DNA from: an uncultured Bacteroidales bacterium
Lineage (GTDB): Bacteria > Bacteroidota > Bacteroidia > Bacteroidales > UBA1402
Assembly (NCBI GenBank): GCA_964472175.1
Contig: CAYYJF010000001.1
Coordinates: 40,950 to 104,949, forward strand
Direction: 5' to 3'
DNA: 64,000 nucleotides
The stretch's first letter is position 1, and every line of letters starts with the position of its first letter. This document shows positions 19,775 to 30,629 of this stretch, in pieces. Under the pieces are notes generated by a model that was not told the origin of the DNA, did not search any database, and worked only from the letters and a program-made list of their open reading frames with translations. Both the position numbers and the translations under genes were made by a program.

Positions 19775-21421
19775 ATGATTACGATTGACGCCCTTACCGT
19801 TGCCTTCAACGGCAGCACTTTATTCAAAGACATTTCTTTTGTCATCAATCCAAAGGACAGAATTGCCCTGATGGGGAAAAATGGCGCAGGTAAATCCACC
19901 CTTTTAAAGATTTTGGCAGGCGTCAAAGAAGCAACCAAAGGCAGCATCACCAAGCCTGGCGATTTAAAAATAGCGTATTTGCCACAGCATTTGCTCACCA
20001 ATGACGATACAACCGTTTTTCAGGAAACAGCAAAAGCATTTTCCCATTTACACGCATTGGAAAACGAGATCGCAAAAATCAATGAAGAGCTATCCATTCG
20101 AACAGATTACGAATCAGACGAATACATGCAGTTGATTGAAAGGGTTTCCAGCTTGAGTGAAAGCTTTTATCAAATCGAAGAAATCAATTACGATGGCGAA
20201 ATAGAAAAAATGCTGTTGGGATTGGGCTTCAACCGTTCTGACTTCACACGACCTACAGCCGAATTTAGCGGAGGGTGGAAAATGAGAATAGAATTGGCCA
20301 AATTGTTGCTCAAGAATCCGGATGTATTGCTTTTGGACGAACCAACCAATCATCTGGACATCGATTCCATTCAATGGTTTGAAGACTATTTGATGAACAG
20401 CGGGAAAGCCGTTGTCTTGATTTCCCACGACAAAGCCTTTGTAGACAATATTACGACCAGAACCATTGAAATAACAATGGGTAAAATCTACGATTACAAA
20501 GCCACCTACTCCCATTATCTGGAGCTCAGAAAAGAACGTCGCGAACAGCAGCTCAAACAATACGAAGAGCAACAGAAATTTATTGCAGACACACAAGACT
20601 TTATTGAACGCTTCAAAGGCACCTATTCCAAAACCCTGCAAGTCCAATCCAGGGTAAAAATGCTGGAAAAACTAGAAAGAATAGAAGTCGATGAAGTCGA
20701 TCACTCTGCCCTGAAACTCAGGTTTCCACCCTCACCAAGATCGGGTTCCTATCCGGTGATTGTTGATTCCGTCACAAAAAAATGGGATGAAAAAATCGTG
20801 TTCACAAATGCCAATTTTACCCTGGAGCGCGGCGACAAAGTTGCCTTTGTCGGAAGAAATGGAGAAGGGAAATCATCCATGGTAAAATGCCTCATGAATG
20901 AAACCCATTTTCAGGGAGAAATCAAAATCGGCCACAATGTAAAAATCGGATATTTCGCTCAAAATCAGGCATCTTTGTTAGATGAAGACAGAACCGTGTT
21001 CGAAACCATCGATGTCGTTGCCGTAGGAGAAGTTCGAACCAAAATCAAAGACTTGTTGGGCGCATTCATGTTTGGAGGAGAAGCCTCAAATAAAAAAGTC
21101 AGCGTGCTTTCCGGAGGCGAAAGAACCCGTCTGGCCATGATCAAACTTTTGTTGGAGCCAATCAATCTGCTTATCTTAGACGAGCCGACCAATCACCTGG
21201 ATATGAAAACAAAGGACATCCTCAAGCAGGCTTTGCAACATTTTGACGGCACACTCATCGTCGTCTCACATGACAGAGATTTCCTCGATGGATTGGTCAA
21301 AAAAGTGTATGAATTTGGGCAAAACAAAGTGGTAGAACATTTGGAAGACATCTATGGATTTTTGAACAAAAAGAAATTTGAACACTTAAACGAAATTGAA
21401 CGCAATTCAAAAAACAGTTGA
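19775..21421 (+). CDS. ABC-F family translation factor ATPase
   Basis: Two ABC cassettes (GKNGAGKST/FSGGW/LLDEP; GRNGEGKSS/LSGGE/ILDEP), no TM segments. Confidence 0.92.
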   Translation: MITIDALTVAFNGSTLFKDISFVINPKDRIALMGKNGAGKSTLLKILAGVKEATKGSITKPGDLKIAYLPQHLLTNDDTTVFQETAKAFSHLHALENEIAKINEELSIRTDYESDEYMQLIERVSSLSESFYQIEEINYDGEIEKMLLGLGFNRSDFTRPTAEFSGGWKMRIELAKLLLKNPDVLLLDEPTNHLDIDSIQWFEDYLMNSGKAVVLISHDKAFVDNITTRTIEITMGKIYDYKATYSHYLELRKERREQQLKQYEEQQKFIADTQDFIERFKGTYSKTLQVQSRVKMLEKLERIEVDEVDHSALKLRFPPSPRSGSYPVIVDSVTKKWDEKIVFTNANFTLERGDKVAFVGRNGEGKSSMVKCLMNETHFQGEIKIGHNVKIGYFAQNQASLLDEDRTVFETIDVVAVGEVRTKIKDLLGAFMFGGEASNKKVSVLSGGERTRLAMIKLLLEPINLLILDEPTNHLDMKTKDILKQALQHFDGTLIVVSHDRDFLDGLVKKVYEFGQNKVVEHLEDIYGFLNKKKFEHLNEIERNSKNS

Positions 21422-22118
21422 ATGGAACGGTATAGATGTCGTCGTGTTGAAAAAAAACATGACAAACATCCGATTGACCATCACCAGAGATGGAACACTA
21501 AAACTATCTGTACCAAGTAGGTTTTCAGAAAAACAGGCCCTCCATTTTTTAGAGGGAAAAAAGGCATGGATAGAAAAACACCTTCAAACGCGACTGCTTG
21601 CCAAATCTGAATATACCAACATCAATGGCGTTCCCTATTTGGGGAAATGGGTTGAATACAGCATTCAATATCAAGAAATTGGGTCGACCATAAAATGGAA
21701 CGAAGCAGGGAAAATGAACATTGCCCTTAAACGAGGCTGCACCACAGAAATCATTCCCAAATTATTGGATGCCTTTTACAAAATAGAACTTCAAAAACAC
21801 GTCATGCCCTTCCTTCGAAAATGGGAACAGACGCTTGGCGTTCAGGCAAATACCATTTCATTTAGAAAAATGACGACCCGATGGGGCACCTGCAACATCA
21901 TCAAAAAACGCATTCTTTTCAACACAGACCTTTGCAAACACGATCCGACATGTATGGAATACATCGTTTTACACGAATTGTGTCACCTGATAGAAAGTGG
22001 ACATGGAAAAGCATTTAAAGCATTGATGGACAAACACATGCCAGATTGGCGTTCCATCAGAAAAAAACTCAAAGAAAACGACTTAATTTTTTCCTCGAAC
22101 AAAATACTTTTTCAATAA
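21396..22118 (+). CDS. YgjP/DUF45 (M48/SprT-like) zinc-dependent protein
   Basis: MTTRWGTC; YIVLHELCHLIESGHG HExxH motif; TTG start uncertain. Confidence 0.85.
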   Translation: MNAIQKTVEWNGIDVVVLKKNMTNIRLTITRDGTLKLSVPSRFSEKQALHFLEGKKAWIEKHLQTRLLAKSEYTNINGVPYLGKWVEYSIQYQEIGSTIKWNEAGKMNIALKRGCTTEIIPKLLDAFYKIELQKHVMPFLRKWEQTLGVQANTISFRKMTTRWGTCNIIKKRILFNTDLCKHDPTCMEYIVLHELCHLIESGHGKAFKALMDKHMPDWRSIRKKLKENDLIFSSNKILFQ

Positions 22119-23576
22119 AGGTTGAGCTTTCAGTTCCCCAAACAGCACATACAAGGCCAGGGCCAACAGCAGAAGCGTTCTAAGCCCCATTTCCAGGTAC
22201 AAATGGTCTAGTTGAATCTTCATCCCAATGAAGTACAACACCAGTGTTAGAGCGGCATATTTAAAGGCTGACAACAAGTCATATTTGACAGGGAAATACT
22301 TCTTACCGAGCAACCACGAAACCAACATCATGACCAGAAAACAGAACAGGGAAGACCAGGCAGAAGCAACGTAACCATAAAGCGGAACAAAAACCAAATT
22401 ACCAATCACGGTCACCAGCAATCCAACGATAGAAATCACGGCCCCCCAATCTGTTTTATCCGACAATTTGTACCAAAACGAAAGGTTGAAAGTAATTCCC
22501 TGGAAAATGTAGGAAACCAGGACAATAGGTACAACCTGAAGTCCAACCCAATAATCTTTATCAATCATCAATTTCAGCAAATCCAAATAATACATGACCC
22601 CCAAAAAAACAAAAGCAGAAAAAATGATGAAGTACTTCATCGCTTCTGAATAGGCTGCCGTATCGTTCTTTTGCTTGTGTTTGGAAAAGACGAAGGGTTC
22701 ATAAGCATACCTGAATGCCTGCGTAAACATCATCATAACGATGCCCAACTTAAAACAAGCAGTATATATCCCCAGTTGCGTCAAACCCTGATCACCACCG
22801 CCAAGCAAATATTTCAAAATCATCTTATCAAGCGACTGATTCATGATGCCGGCAATCCCCAAAACCAATAGAGGTAAAGAATATCTCATGAGCGGTTTGA
22901 ACAGGCGTGGATTGAAAACAAATTTTGGTAACAACCAATATTTGGACATCAACAACAAGCCAAATACAGACGAAATGACATTCGATAAAAAGACATACCC
23001 TACGCCGTAATCAAGTTGATAGAACCAAGAAATGAGTGATGGATGGTGTTTGTAAATGAGGGGGCAAATCCACAAGAAAAACAAATTGAAGAAGATATTC
23101 ACCCCGATCATCGCCATTCTGACCGTGGCAAAAAACAGTGGCCTCTTTTGAAACCGAATCCAGGCAAAAGGCAATGCACTGAAGGCATCAATGGCAACTG
23201 TAAATCCCATCATCCAGACAAAATCCGGATGAGATTCATACTGTAAAATGGAAGAAACCGGTCGAAGAAAAAGACTGATAACCAGAATGAAAGCCAAGGA
23301 AGTGGCTGCCAGTGAAATCAAAGATGTCGAATAAACGATATGGGCTTGATTTTTATACTTGTTGGCGAATCTGAAAAAGCCTGTTTCTAATCCATACGTT
23401 AAAATGACCAGCAACAAGGCCGTCCAGGCGTACAACTCTCCTACCATCCCATAGTCTTTGGGCTGACTCAACATATGGGTATAAAATGGCATCAAACACC
23501 AATTCAAGAAACGGCCAAGAATGCTACTTACCCCATAAATAGCCGTATCTTTCACCAACAACCTCATTTCAGCCAT
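22083..23576 (-). CDS. Polysaccharide/oligosaccharide flippase (MOP/Wzx family)
   Basis: KDTAIYGVSSILGR start, many TM helices, FRYAYEPF motif. Confidence 0.8.
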   Translation of the reverse strand: MAEMRLLVKDTAIYGVSSILGRFLNWCLMPFYTHMLSQPKDYGMVGELYAWTALLLVILTYGLETGFFRFANKYKNQAHIVYSTSLISLAATSLAFILVISLFLRPVSSILQYESHPDFVWMMGFTVAIDAFSALPFAWIRFQKRPLFFATVRMAMIGVNIFFNLFFLWICPLIYKHHPSLISWFYQLDYGVGYVFLSNVISSVFGLLLMSKYWLLPKFVFNPRLFKPLMRYSLPLLVLGIAGIMNQSLDKMILKYLLGGGDQGLTQLGIYTACFKLGIVMMMFTQAFRYAYEPFVFSKHKQKNDTAAYSEAMKYFIIFSAFVFLGVMYYLDLLKLMIDKDYWVGLQVVPIVLVSYIFQGITFNLSFWYKLSDKTDWGAVISIVGLLVTVIGNLVFVPLYGYVASAWSSLFCFLVMMLVSWLLGKKYFPVKYDLLSAFKYAALTLVLYFIGMKIQLDHLYLEMGLRTLLLLALALYVLFGELKAQPLLKKYFVRGKN

Positions 23577-23618
23577 AAATCAGCTTCATTAAATACATGG
23601 AATAAGTACGCAAAAATG

Positions 23619-24641
23619 CTAAAACAAAGACGCATCTGGCATGGATTTATGTTTGCCAAGATGCTTCCAGGCCAAATCGGTCACTTCCCTACCTCTGGGC
23701 GTTCTTTTTAAAAAACCCTCCTGAATCAAAAACGGCTCGTAAACCTCTTCAATCGTACCAGGATCCTCACTCAATGCCGTAGACAAGGTTGACAATCCAA
23801 CCGGCCCCCCTTTGAATTTCTCAATAAGCACCAAAAGAATCTTATTGTCAATTCTGTCTAGACCATATTGATCAATGTTCAGCGCCTCCAAGGCATATTT
23901 AGCAATCTCTAAATCAATAATGCCTGAACCCTTCACCTGAGCAAAATCGCGCACCCTTCGAAGCAAGGCATTGGCAATTCTGGGCGTACCTCTGCTCCTT
24001 CCGGCAATTTCTTCTGCAGCATCTTTGTTGCAATGAATGGCCAAAAGCTTGGCAGATCGAAGAACAATACTGGTAAGAACTTCCGATTTATAATATTCCA
24101 AATGGCAATTGATTCCAAATCGGGCACGCAAAGGAGCCGTCAACAATCCACTTCGTGTGGTGGCTCCTATCATAGTGAAAGGATTGATTTCCAACTGTAT
24201 AGACCTTGCTGACGGGCCTTTGTCAATCATGATATCAATTCTATAATCTTCCATTGCCGAATAGAGATACTCCTCAACAATGGGACTAAGACGATGAATC
24301 TCATCAATAAACAGCACATCATTGGGTTCTAAAGCCGTTAAAACCCCGGCCAAATCGCCTGGTTTATCCAACACAGGGCCGGAAGTGAGCTTCATGCCCA
24401 CTCCCAATTCATTGGAAATAATATTTGAAAGGGTCGTTTTGCCAAGTCCGGGCGGTCCATGTAGTAAAATATGATCCATGGCTTCACCCCGCATCTTAGC
24501 GGCGGAAACGAAAATGCGCAGATTTTCAACAATTTTCTCCTGTCCTTTGAAATCGGAAAACCTCAGCGGGCGAAGTGCTTTGTCGACATCCAGCTCTTCA
24601 TTATTTTGCTTTTCGTCACGTATGTTAAATTCTTCGCGCAT
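23619..24641 (-). CDS. ruvB: Holliday junction branch migration helicase
   Basis: [46 protein letters not shown]. Confidence 0.97.
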   Translation of the reverse strand: MREEFNIRDEKQNNEELDVDKALRPLRFSDFKGQEKIVENLRIFVSAAKMRGEAMDHILLHGPPGLGKTTLSNIISNELGVGMKLTSGPVLDKPGDLAGVLTALEPNDVLFIDEIHRLSPIVEEYLYSAMEDYRIDIMIDKGPSARSIQLEINPFTMIGATTRSGLLTAPLRARFGINCHLEYYKSEVLTSIVLRSAKLLAIHCNKDAAEEIAGRSRGTPRIANALLRRVRDFAQVKGSGIIDLEIAKYALEALNIDQYGLDRIDNKILLVLIEKFKGGPVGLSTLSTALSEDPGTIEEVYEPFLIQEGFLKRTPRGREVTDLAWKHLGKHKSMPDASLF

Positions 24642-24659
24642 ATTTCTGGGTTTTCAGGG

Positions 24660-24714
24660 CAAATTTACAGAAACTTTTACAATAAACGACCGTCGCTTCT
24701 TTTTTGTATTTTTG
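24660..24714. promoter_or_regulatory. Divergent -7 elements (TAAATTTG on - at 24660-24667; TATTTTTG on + at 24707-24714)
   Basis: Match TAnnTTTG upstream of ruvB and spmAB. Confidence 0.65.
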
Positions 24715-24733
24715 TAGTCAAATATCAAACAAT

Positions 24734-25972
24734 ATGGCACTGAACTATATTTGGATCGCCTTTTTTCTCATCGCAGGCATCGTAGCATTGTTTCAATTGC
24801 TCCTATTTCAAGACACCACGGTTTTTGAACGCATGATGACAGCCAGCTTTGACTCGGCAAAAATGGCAGTATTGGACATTTCCTTGCCCTTGGCAGGTAT
24901 CATGACCTTGTGGTTGGGCATCATGAATATAGGCGAAAAAGCAGGAGCCATTCGATTATTATCAAAAATTGTGGGGCCATTTTTCCAGAAATTATTCCCG
25001 GAAATACCCAAAAATCATCCGGTGAATGGCCAATTATTGATGAATTTTTCGGCAAACATGCTAGGGCTGGACAATGCGGCGACACCAATGGGACTAAAAG
25101 CCATGCAAAGTTTGCAAGATTTGAATCCCCAAAAAGAAACAGCGTCCAATGCTCAAATCATGTTTTTGGCTTTAAACACCTCGGGATTGACCATTATTCC
25201 AATCAACATCATTGCGCAAAGAGCCATCCTGGGCTCGGTCAATCCAACCGATGTCTTTATTCCCATTCTCATTTCAACCTTTGTATCGACCCTGGTCGCC
25301 ATTTTATTTGTAGGATACAAACAAAAGCTTAACCTCTTGAATCCATGTGTATTGGGATGGATTGGCGGCATTTCAGCCTTCCTCTTTGGCCTAACCTACT
25401 GGTTTTCAACGATGGACAAAGCACAAATGACCGAAACTTCCGGATTGCTAAGCAACATCATCATCTTCGGCATCTTATTTGCTTTTATTCTCGGAGCATT
25501 CATTAAAAAAGTCAACGTTTGGGAAGCCTTTATTGACGGGGCCAAAGGGGGATTTGAGACCTCGGTTAAAATCATCCCATACCTTGTAGGAATGCTCGTT
25601 GGAATCGGAGTTTTCAGAGCCAGTGGCGCAATGGATCTGCTCATGAATGGCATCAAATCCATTGTGGAAAGTGTTCAATTTGATACCCAATTCGTCGATG
25701 CGCTACCAACAGCTTTGATGAAACCACTCAGTGGAAGCGGTGCCAGAGGCATGATGCTGGATGCCATGAAAACATTTGGAGCCGACTCTTTTTCCGGTCG
25801 TTTGTCTTGCATGTTTCAGGGAGCAGCAGATACAACCTTTTACATCGTTGCACTTTATTTTGGTTCCGTAGGAATTAAAAAAACCCGGTACGCCATTGGG
25901 GCCGGCTTGTTGGCCGATTTGGCCGGAGTCATTGCTGCCATTGTGTTGGCCTACACCTTTTTTCAATCATAA
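24734..25972 (+). CDS. SpmA/SpmB fusion (nucleoside-recognition Gate domain) membrane protein
   Basis: ANMLGLDNAATPMG (SpmA) and KPLSGSGA...DTTFYIVALYFGSVGIKKTRY (SpmB). Confidence 0.85.
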   Translation: MALNYIWIAFFLIAGIVALFQLLLFQDTTVFERMMTASFDSAKMAVLDISLPLAGIMTLWLGIMNIGEKAGAIRLLSKIVGPFFQKLFPEIPKNHPVNGQLLMNFSANMLGLDNAATPMGLKAMQSLQDLNPQKETASNAQIMFLALNTSGLTIIPINIIAQRAILGSVNPTDVFIPILISTFVSTLVAILFVGYKQKLNLLNPCVLGWIGGISAFLFGLTYWFSTMDKAQMTETSGLLSNIIIFGILFAFILGAFIKKVNVWEAFIDGAKGGFETSVKIIPYLVGMLVGIGVFRASGAMDLLMNGIKSIVESVQFDTQFVDALPTALMKPLSGSGARGMMLDAMKTFGADSFSGRLSCMFQGAADTTFYIVALYFGSVGIKKTRYAIGAGLLADLAGVIAAIVLAYTFFQS

Positions 25973-25975
25973 ATC

Positions 25976-26392
25976 ATGGTAAGATTCCACAGTGAACATA
26001 TCGAAATGCCATCCATTGATGAAGGAAAAATTGTTGCATGGATGGAGAAAGTAGCCAACTCTTTCAACAAAAGTATCGGAGACGTTCAATATTTGATTTG
26101 TACAGATGAAAAAATGCTGGAATACAACAATTTGCACTTGAACCACGATTATTATACAGACATTATCACATTTGATTACAGCCAAAACCCTTACATTTCG
26201 GGTGACATATACATTGGATTGGAAACAGTAAAGAGCAATGCCGCCTTATTAAAAAAGCCTTTTCAAGAGGAATTTTACAGGGTTTTGATTCATGGCATTC
26301 TGCATCTTTGTGGACTCAAAGACAAAGAAGCTAAAGATGAAATAAGGATGCGTGAAGAAGAAGACAAAGCACTTTCCATGCTCATATATTAA
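25976..26392 (+). CDS. ybeY: rRNA maturation endoribonuclease YbeY
   Basis: HDYYTDIITFDY; IHGILHLCG. Confidence 0.92.
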   Translation: MVRFHSEHIEMPSIDEGKIVAWMEKVANSFNKSIGDVQYLICTDEKMLEYNNLHLNHDYYTDIITFDYSQNPYISGDIYIGLETVKSNAALLKKPFQEEFYRVLIHGILHLCGLKDKEAKDEIRMREEEDKALSMLIY

Positions 26393-26416
26393 CATATATA
26401 ACACAGATATAATAAG

Positions 26417-28294
26417 ATGAATTTCATATACGATGTCATCGTGGTCGGAGCTGGTCACGCAGGATGTGAGGCTGCTGCCGCCGCAGCCAATTTGGGTTCA
26501 AAGACCTTGCTCATCACCATGGACATGAATAAGATCGCCCAAATGAGCTGTAATCCGGCCATGGGGGGTATCGCAAAGGGACAAATTGTTCGTGAAATTG
26601 ACGCATTAGGTGGTCAATCAGCCATCGTAACAGATCAAACAGCCATTCAATTCAGGATGCTGAACCGATCTAAAGGCCCTGCCATGTGGAGCCCGAGATC
26701 ACAAAGCGACCGTACTAAATTCTCCGAATATTGGAGAGCAATCCTTGAAAACACCACCAACCTGAATATCTGGCAAGATACCGTTACAGCATTACACTTC
26801 AATCCGGATGGTTCAGTCAACGGAGTCATTACAACCATTCAGGCAAAATTTTACGCAAAGTGCGTTGTCCTGACCAACGGAACCTTTCTAAATGGGCTGA
26901 TTCATGTGGGGAAAGCCCAATATCACGGAGGAAGAATGGCAGATTCTGCCTCTTATGGGATCACAGAACAGCTCTCTTCTATGGGAATCGCTTACGATAG
27001 AATGAAAACCGGAACGCCTGTAAGAATTGATGCAAGAAGCGTCAATTTTGACCTCATGGAAGAACAAAAAGGAGATGTAGATGATCACAAATTTTCATAT
27101 TTGGATTTCAAGCCCAGGCCGCTAAAGCAACAAAGCTGTTGGATTTGTTACACGAACCCGGAGGCACACAGTATTTTGCACAATTCCATCGATGAATCGC
27201 CCTTATACAACGGACAAATCAAAAGCATTGGTCCACGATATTGCCCAAGCATTGAAACTAAAATATTTACATTCTCGGATAAAGACCAGCATCAGTTGTT
27301 TCTTGAGCCAGAAGGCGAAACAACCAATGAAATGTACTTAAACGGATTCTCTTCATCTTTACCACTATCGGTTCAAATAAAGGCGTTGGAAACGATTCCA
27401 TGCTTTAAAAATGTGCAGATTTTCAGACCTGGATATGCCATTGAATACGATTTTTTTGATCCTACACAGCTTAAACACAACTTAGAAACAAAGAAAATCA
27501 AAAACTTGTTTTTTGCAGGTCAAATCAACGGAACCACTGGATACGAAGAAGCTGCAGGTCAAGGCTTGATGGCAGGCATCAACGCACACATCAACTGTCA
27601 TGGTGGCGATCCTTTTGTTTTACAAAGAGATGAAGCCTATATTGGCGTATTGATCGATGATTTGGTCACAAAAGGCGTCGATGAACCGTATAGAATGTTT
27701 ACCTCCAGATCAGAACATCGCATACTTTTAAGACAAGACAATGCGGATATGAGATTGACAGAAAAAGCATACCAGCTAGGATTGGTGAAGAAAAACAGAT
27801 TTAAATTATTCACAAAGAAAAAGAAAGAAGTCGATTCACTGATTGAATTTTGCTCAAATTACTCGATCAAAGCGTCCATCATCAACCCTGTTTTGGAAGC
27901 ATTAAACACCGCCCCTCTGAAACAAGGGGTGAAGTTAAAAGACCTGATTCAACGTCCACAGCTCAATTTTGACAATCTAAAACAGCATATTGAAGCCTTA
28001 AATCAAAAAATTGAAAAAATTGACTGCTTAAAAGAAGAAATCATTGAAGCTGCAGAAATTCAAATCAAGTATGAAGGTTATATTGAAAGAGAGCGTGGCA
28101 TCGCAGAAAAGATAAACAGATTGGATCAAATTAAAATTTTGGGCAAATTTGAGTACGACAACATCCAATCGCTCTCTATTGAAGCAAGGCAGAAACTTAA
28201 AAGGATACAACCAGAGACCATCGGGCAGGCATCCCGAATACCAGGTGTATCTCCAAACGACATCAACGTCTTGCTCTTATTGATGGGTAGATAA
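26417..28294 (+). CDS. mnmG: tRNA uridine-5-carboxymethylaminomethyl modification enzyme
   Basis: GAGHAGCEA, MSCNPAMGG, GPRYCPSIE, AGQINGTTGYEEAA, EPYRMFTSR. Confidence 0.97.
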   Translation: MNFIYDVIVVGAGHAGCEAAAAAANLGSKTLLITMDMNKIAQMSCNPAMGGIAKGQIVREIDALGGQSAIVTDQTAIQFRMLNRSKGPAMWSPRSQSDRTKFSEYWRAILENTTNLNIWQDTVTALHFNPDGSVNGVITTIQAKFYAKCVVLTNGTFLNGLIHVGKAQYHGGRMADSASYGITEQLSSMGIAYDRMKTGTPVRIDARSVNFDLMEEQKGDVDDHKFSYLDFKPRPLKQQSCWICYTNPEAHSILHNSIDESPLYNGQIKSIGPRYCPSIETKIFTFSDKDQHQLFLEPEGETTNEMYLNGFSSSLPLSVQIKALETIPCFKNVQIFRPGYAIEYDFFDPTQLKHNLETKKIKNLFFAGQINGTTGYEEAAGQGLMAGINAHINCHGGDPFVLQRDEAYIGVLIDDLVTKGVDEPYRMFTSRSEHRILLRQDNADMRLTEKAYQLGLVKKNRFKLFTKKKKEVDSLIEFCSNYSIKASIINPVLEALNTAPLKQGVKLKDLIQRPQLNFDNLKQHIEALNQKIEKIDCLKEEIIEAAEIQIKYEGYIERERGIAEKINRLDQIKILGKFEYDNIQSLSIEARQKLKRIQPETIGQASRIPGVSPNDINVLLLLMGR

Positions 28295-28296
28295 AC

Positions 28297-28312
28297 TGTT
28301 CCACGTGGAACA
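28297..28312. promoter_or_regulatory. parS centromere-like site (TGTTCCACGTGGAACA)
   Basis: Perfect 16-bp palindrome matching the canonical bacterial parS consensus; 2 nt after the mnmG stop. Confidence 0.85.
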
Positions 28313-28376
28313 AATAAATTGTAACAAATTGATAACCTGCTAAATGCAATATTAGAAAACCAGATTGGCGACCTTT

Positions 28377-30188
28377 ATGGCAGAATTTGACACATACCAA
28401 GCTATCAAAAACAAACTCGAGAGAATTCCCGAGCAGCCAGGAGTGTATCAATATTTTGGCATTGACGGAGAAATCATTTATGTTGGGAAAGCGAAAAACC
28501 TAAAGAAAAGGGTGATGAGCTATTTCAATAAAGACCACCATGATTCGCCAAAAACAAAAATATTGGTTAAAAAAATTCGGGATATTCAATACATCGTTGT
28601 TGCAGATGAAGAAGACGCATTGCTTCTTGAAAACAACCTCATCAAAGAATATAAGCCAAAATACAACATCCTTCTCAAAGACGATAAGACCTATCCGAGT
28701 ATTTGTATTAAAAAAGAGCCTTTTCCCCGAATATTTCAGACAAGAAAAATAGAAAAAGACGGTTCAGAATATTTTGGCCCCTACTCCAATGCGTCCATCA
28801 TTCGGGCTTTGCTTCAATCCATACGCAATATTTACCCGATAAGAACGTGCAAATTGCCTTTATTGGAAAAAGACATCAAACAAGGAAAATACAAGAGCTG
28901 TCTTGAGTTGCAAATAAAAAAATGCATGGGCCCATGTATCGGTTTGCAACAGATGGATGCATACATGGAAAATATTCGGGAAATCCGTGAAATATTAAAA
29001 GGCAATACAGCATTGATCAGCAAAAAACTGTTCAATGAAATGCAAAATCTTTCAAAAGATATGAAATTTGAGGAGGCGCATCAAATCAAAAATAAATACG
29101 ATTTAATCGAGCAATTTAAAAGCAAATCGACGGTCGTTAATACAAAAATTGATCAAATAGAAGTCTATTCCTATGCGGAAATTGATCAAACAGCCTTGGT
29201 CAATCATTTATTCATCGTTCAAGGATGCATTGTTAGAGGACTCACCTTAGATTACAAAAAAAAGGTCGAAGAATCGAAAGAATCTGTTCTCAGTTCAGCC
29301 ATTTTTGAAATACAATCCAGGTTTAACAACGTTGGGAAAAAGGTGATCGTGCCTTTTGAGCCGGAGATGAAAGCAAAAAACATTGAATACATACTTCCCA
29401 CAAAAGGCGATTATAAAAAACTCTATGATTTATCCGTTCAAAACGTGAAGCAATACAAGGTTGAGCTTCTTAAACAGAAAGAAAAACTTCATCCGGAACA
29501 AAGGAGCATTCGGATACTGAGTACATTGAAAGCAGACCTGCAGTTATCTTCACTCCCATTGCACATTGAATGTTTTGACAATTCTAATATTCAAGGGCAA
29601 TTCCCGGTCTCTGCATGTGTTGTCTTCAAAAATGCAAAGCCATCGAAAAAAGACTACAGACATTTCAATATCCGCACCGTCGAAGGACCAAACGACTTCG
29701 CTTCGATGGAAGAAGTCTTGCATAGAAGATACGAAAGAATCCTCCACGAAGAAGGCCCATTACCCCAGTTGATCATCGTTGATGGTGGGAAAGGTCAGCT
29801 TTCATCGGCAGTGAGCGTGCTGGAAACATTGGGCATCAACCATAAAATTGCCATCATTGGCATCGCCAAAAATTTAGAAGAAATATTTTTTCCCTACGAC
29901 TCTGTACCCATCTATTTGAACAAAGACAGCGAGTCACTTAAACTTATTCAACACCTTAGGGATGAAGCACATAGGTTTGGAATCAGCCATCACCGAAATC
30001 AGAGAAGTAAGGCACAAACACATTCCATCTTAGATGACATCAAAGGGGTTGGACCAAGCACAAAAATAGCATTATTTCAGCACTTCAAAACCATTCAACA
30101 AATGAGAAAAGCCAGCTTGGAGGAGATGGAAAAGGTGGTTGGGAAACAAAAATCAAGGTTGATAAAGGACTATTTTGAACAACAATGA
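28377..30188 (+). CDS. uvrC: Excinuclease ABC subunit C
   Basis: GIY-YIG domain (PGVYQY...IYVGKAKNL), IECFDNS, VDGGKGQ, RDEAHRF, HhH. Confidence 0.96.
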   Translation: MAEFDTYQAIKNKLERIPEQPGVYQYFGIDGEIIYVGKAKNLKKRVMSYFNKDHHDSPKTKILVKKIRDIQYIVVADEEDALLLENNLIKEYKPKYNILLKDDKTYPSICIKKEPFPRIFQTRKIEKDGSEYFGPYSNASIIRALLQSIRNIYPIRTCKLPLLEKDIKQGKYKSCLELQIKKCMGPCIGLQQMDAYMENIREIREILKGNTALISKKLFNEMQNLSKDMKFEEAHQIKNKYDLIEQFKSKSTVVNTKIDQIEVYSYAEIDQTALVNHLFIVQGCIVRGLTLDYKKKVEESKESVLSSAIFEIQSRFNNVGKKVIVPFEPEMKAKNIEYILPTKGDYKKLYDLSVQNVKQYKVELLKQKEKLHPEQRSIRILSTLKADLQLSSLPLHIECFDNSNIQGQFPVSACVVFKNAKPSKKDYRHFNIRTVEGPNDFASMEEVLHRRYERILHEEGPLPQLIIVDGGKGQLSSAVSVLETLGINHKIAIIGIAKNLEEIFFPYDSVPIYLNKDSESLKLIQHLRDEAHRFGISHHRNQRSKAQTHSILDDIKGVGPSTKIALFQHFKTIQQMRKASLEEMEKVVGKQKSRLIKDYFEQQ

Positions 30189-30628
30189 AAGCACTCATTC
30201 AAAGGGTAAAGAAGGCAAAAGTGACAGTCAATGGGGAGATTACAGGAGCCATTGATGATGGTATGCTGGTTTTCATCGGCGTTGAAAAAGATGATAATAA
30301 AGAAGATCTGGCCTATATTTGCAAGAAAATTGTGAACCTTCGAATTTTTTCAGATGCGGAAGGCAAAATGAACCATTCGATCATAGATAAGGAATATAAT
30401 ATTCTGTTAATCAGCCAATTTACACTCACGGCAAACACAAAAAAAGGGAACAGACCCTCTTTTATTGAAGCAGCAGCACCGGAGATTGCCGTTGAAATGT
30501 ATCAGGAGATGATTGAAACCTTGAGTCTGGTCATGGGGAAAAAAATACAAACCGGAATATTTGGAGCAGATATGCAAGTAGAATTAATCAACGATGGGCC
30601 AGTAACCATTCCCATTCAATCAAGATAA
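30185..30628 (+). CDS. dtd: D-aminoacyl-tRNA deacylase
   Basis: MKALIQRV, SQFTL, GNRPSF, NDGPVT. Confidence 0.96.
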   Translation: MKALIQRVKKAKVTVNGEITGAIDDGMLVFIGVEKDDNKEDLAYICKKIVNLRIFSDAEGKMNHSIIDKEYNILLISQFTLTANTKKGNRPSFIEAAAPEIAVEMYQEMIETLSLVMGKKIQTGIFGADMQVELINDGPVTIPIQSR

Positions 30629-30629
30629 G

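Noticed and set aside
19497-19778. 93-aa alternate-frame ORF (E/K/V-rich) overlapping the deaD tail
   Set aside because: By-product of the purine-rich low-complexity G/R/K tail and it runs through the hairpin; no independent evidence
19775-21421. ABC-F as an antibiotic resistance (ARE) gene
   Set aside because: Housekeeping context with no mobile element or leader peptide seen; subfamily cannot be assigned without phylogeny
21396-22118. YgjP/M48 protein as part of a restriction or defence system
   Set aside because: No hsdRMS or other defence genes are adjacent; stand-alone copies are common
24734-25972. Spore maturation protein in a non-sporulating lineage
   Set aside because: SpmAB fusions are widespread in Bacteroidetes and other non-sporulators; not unusual
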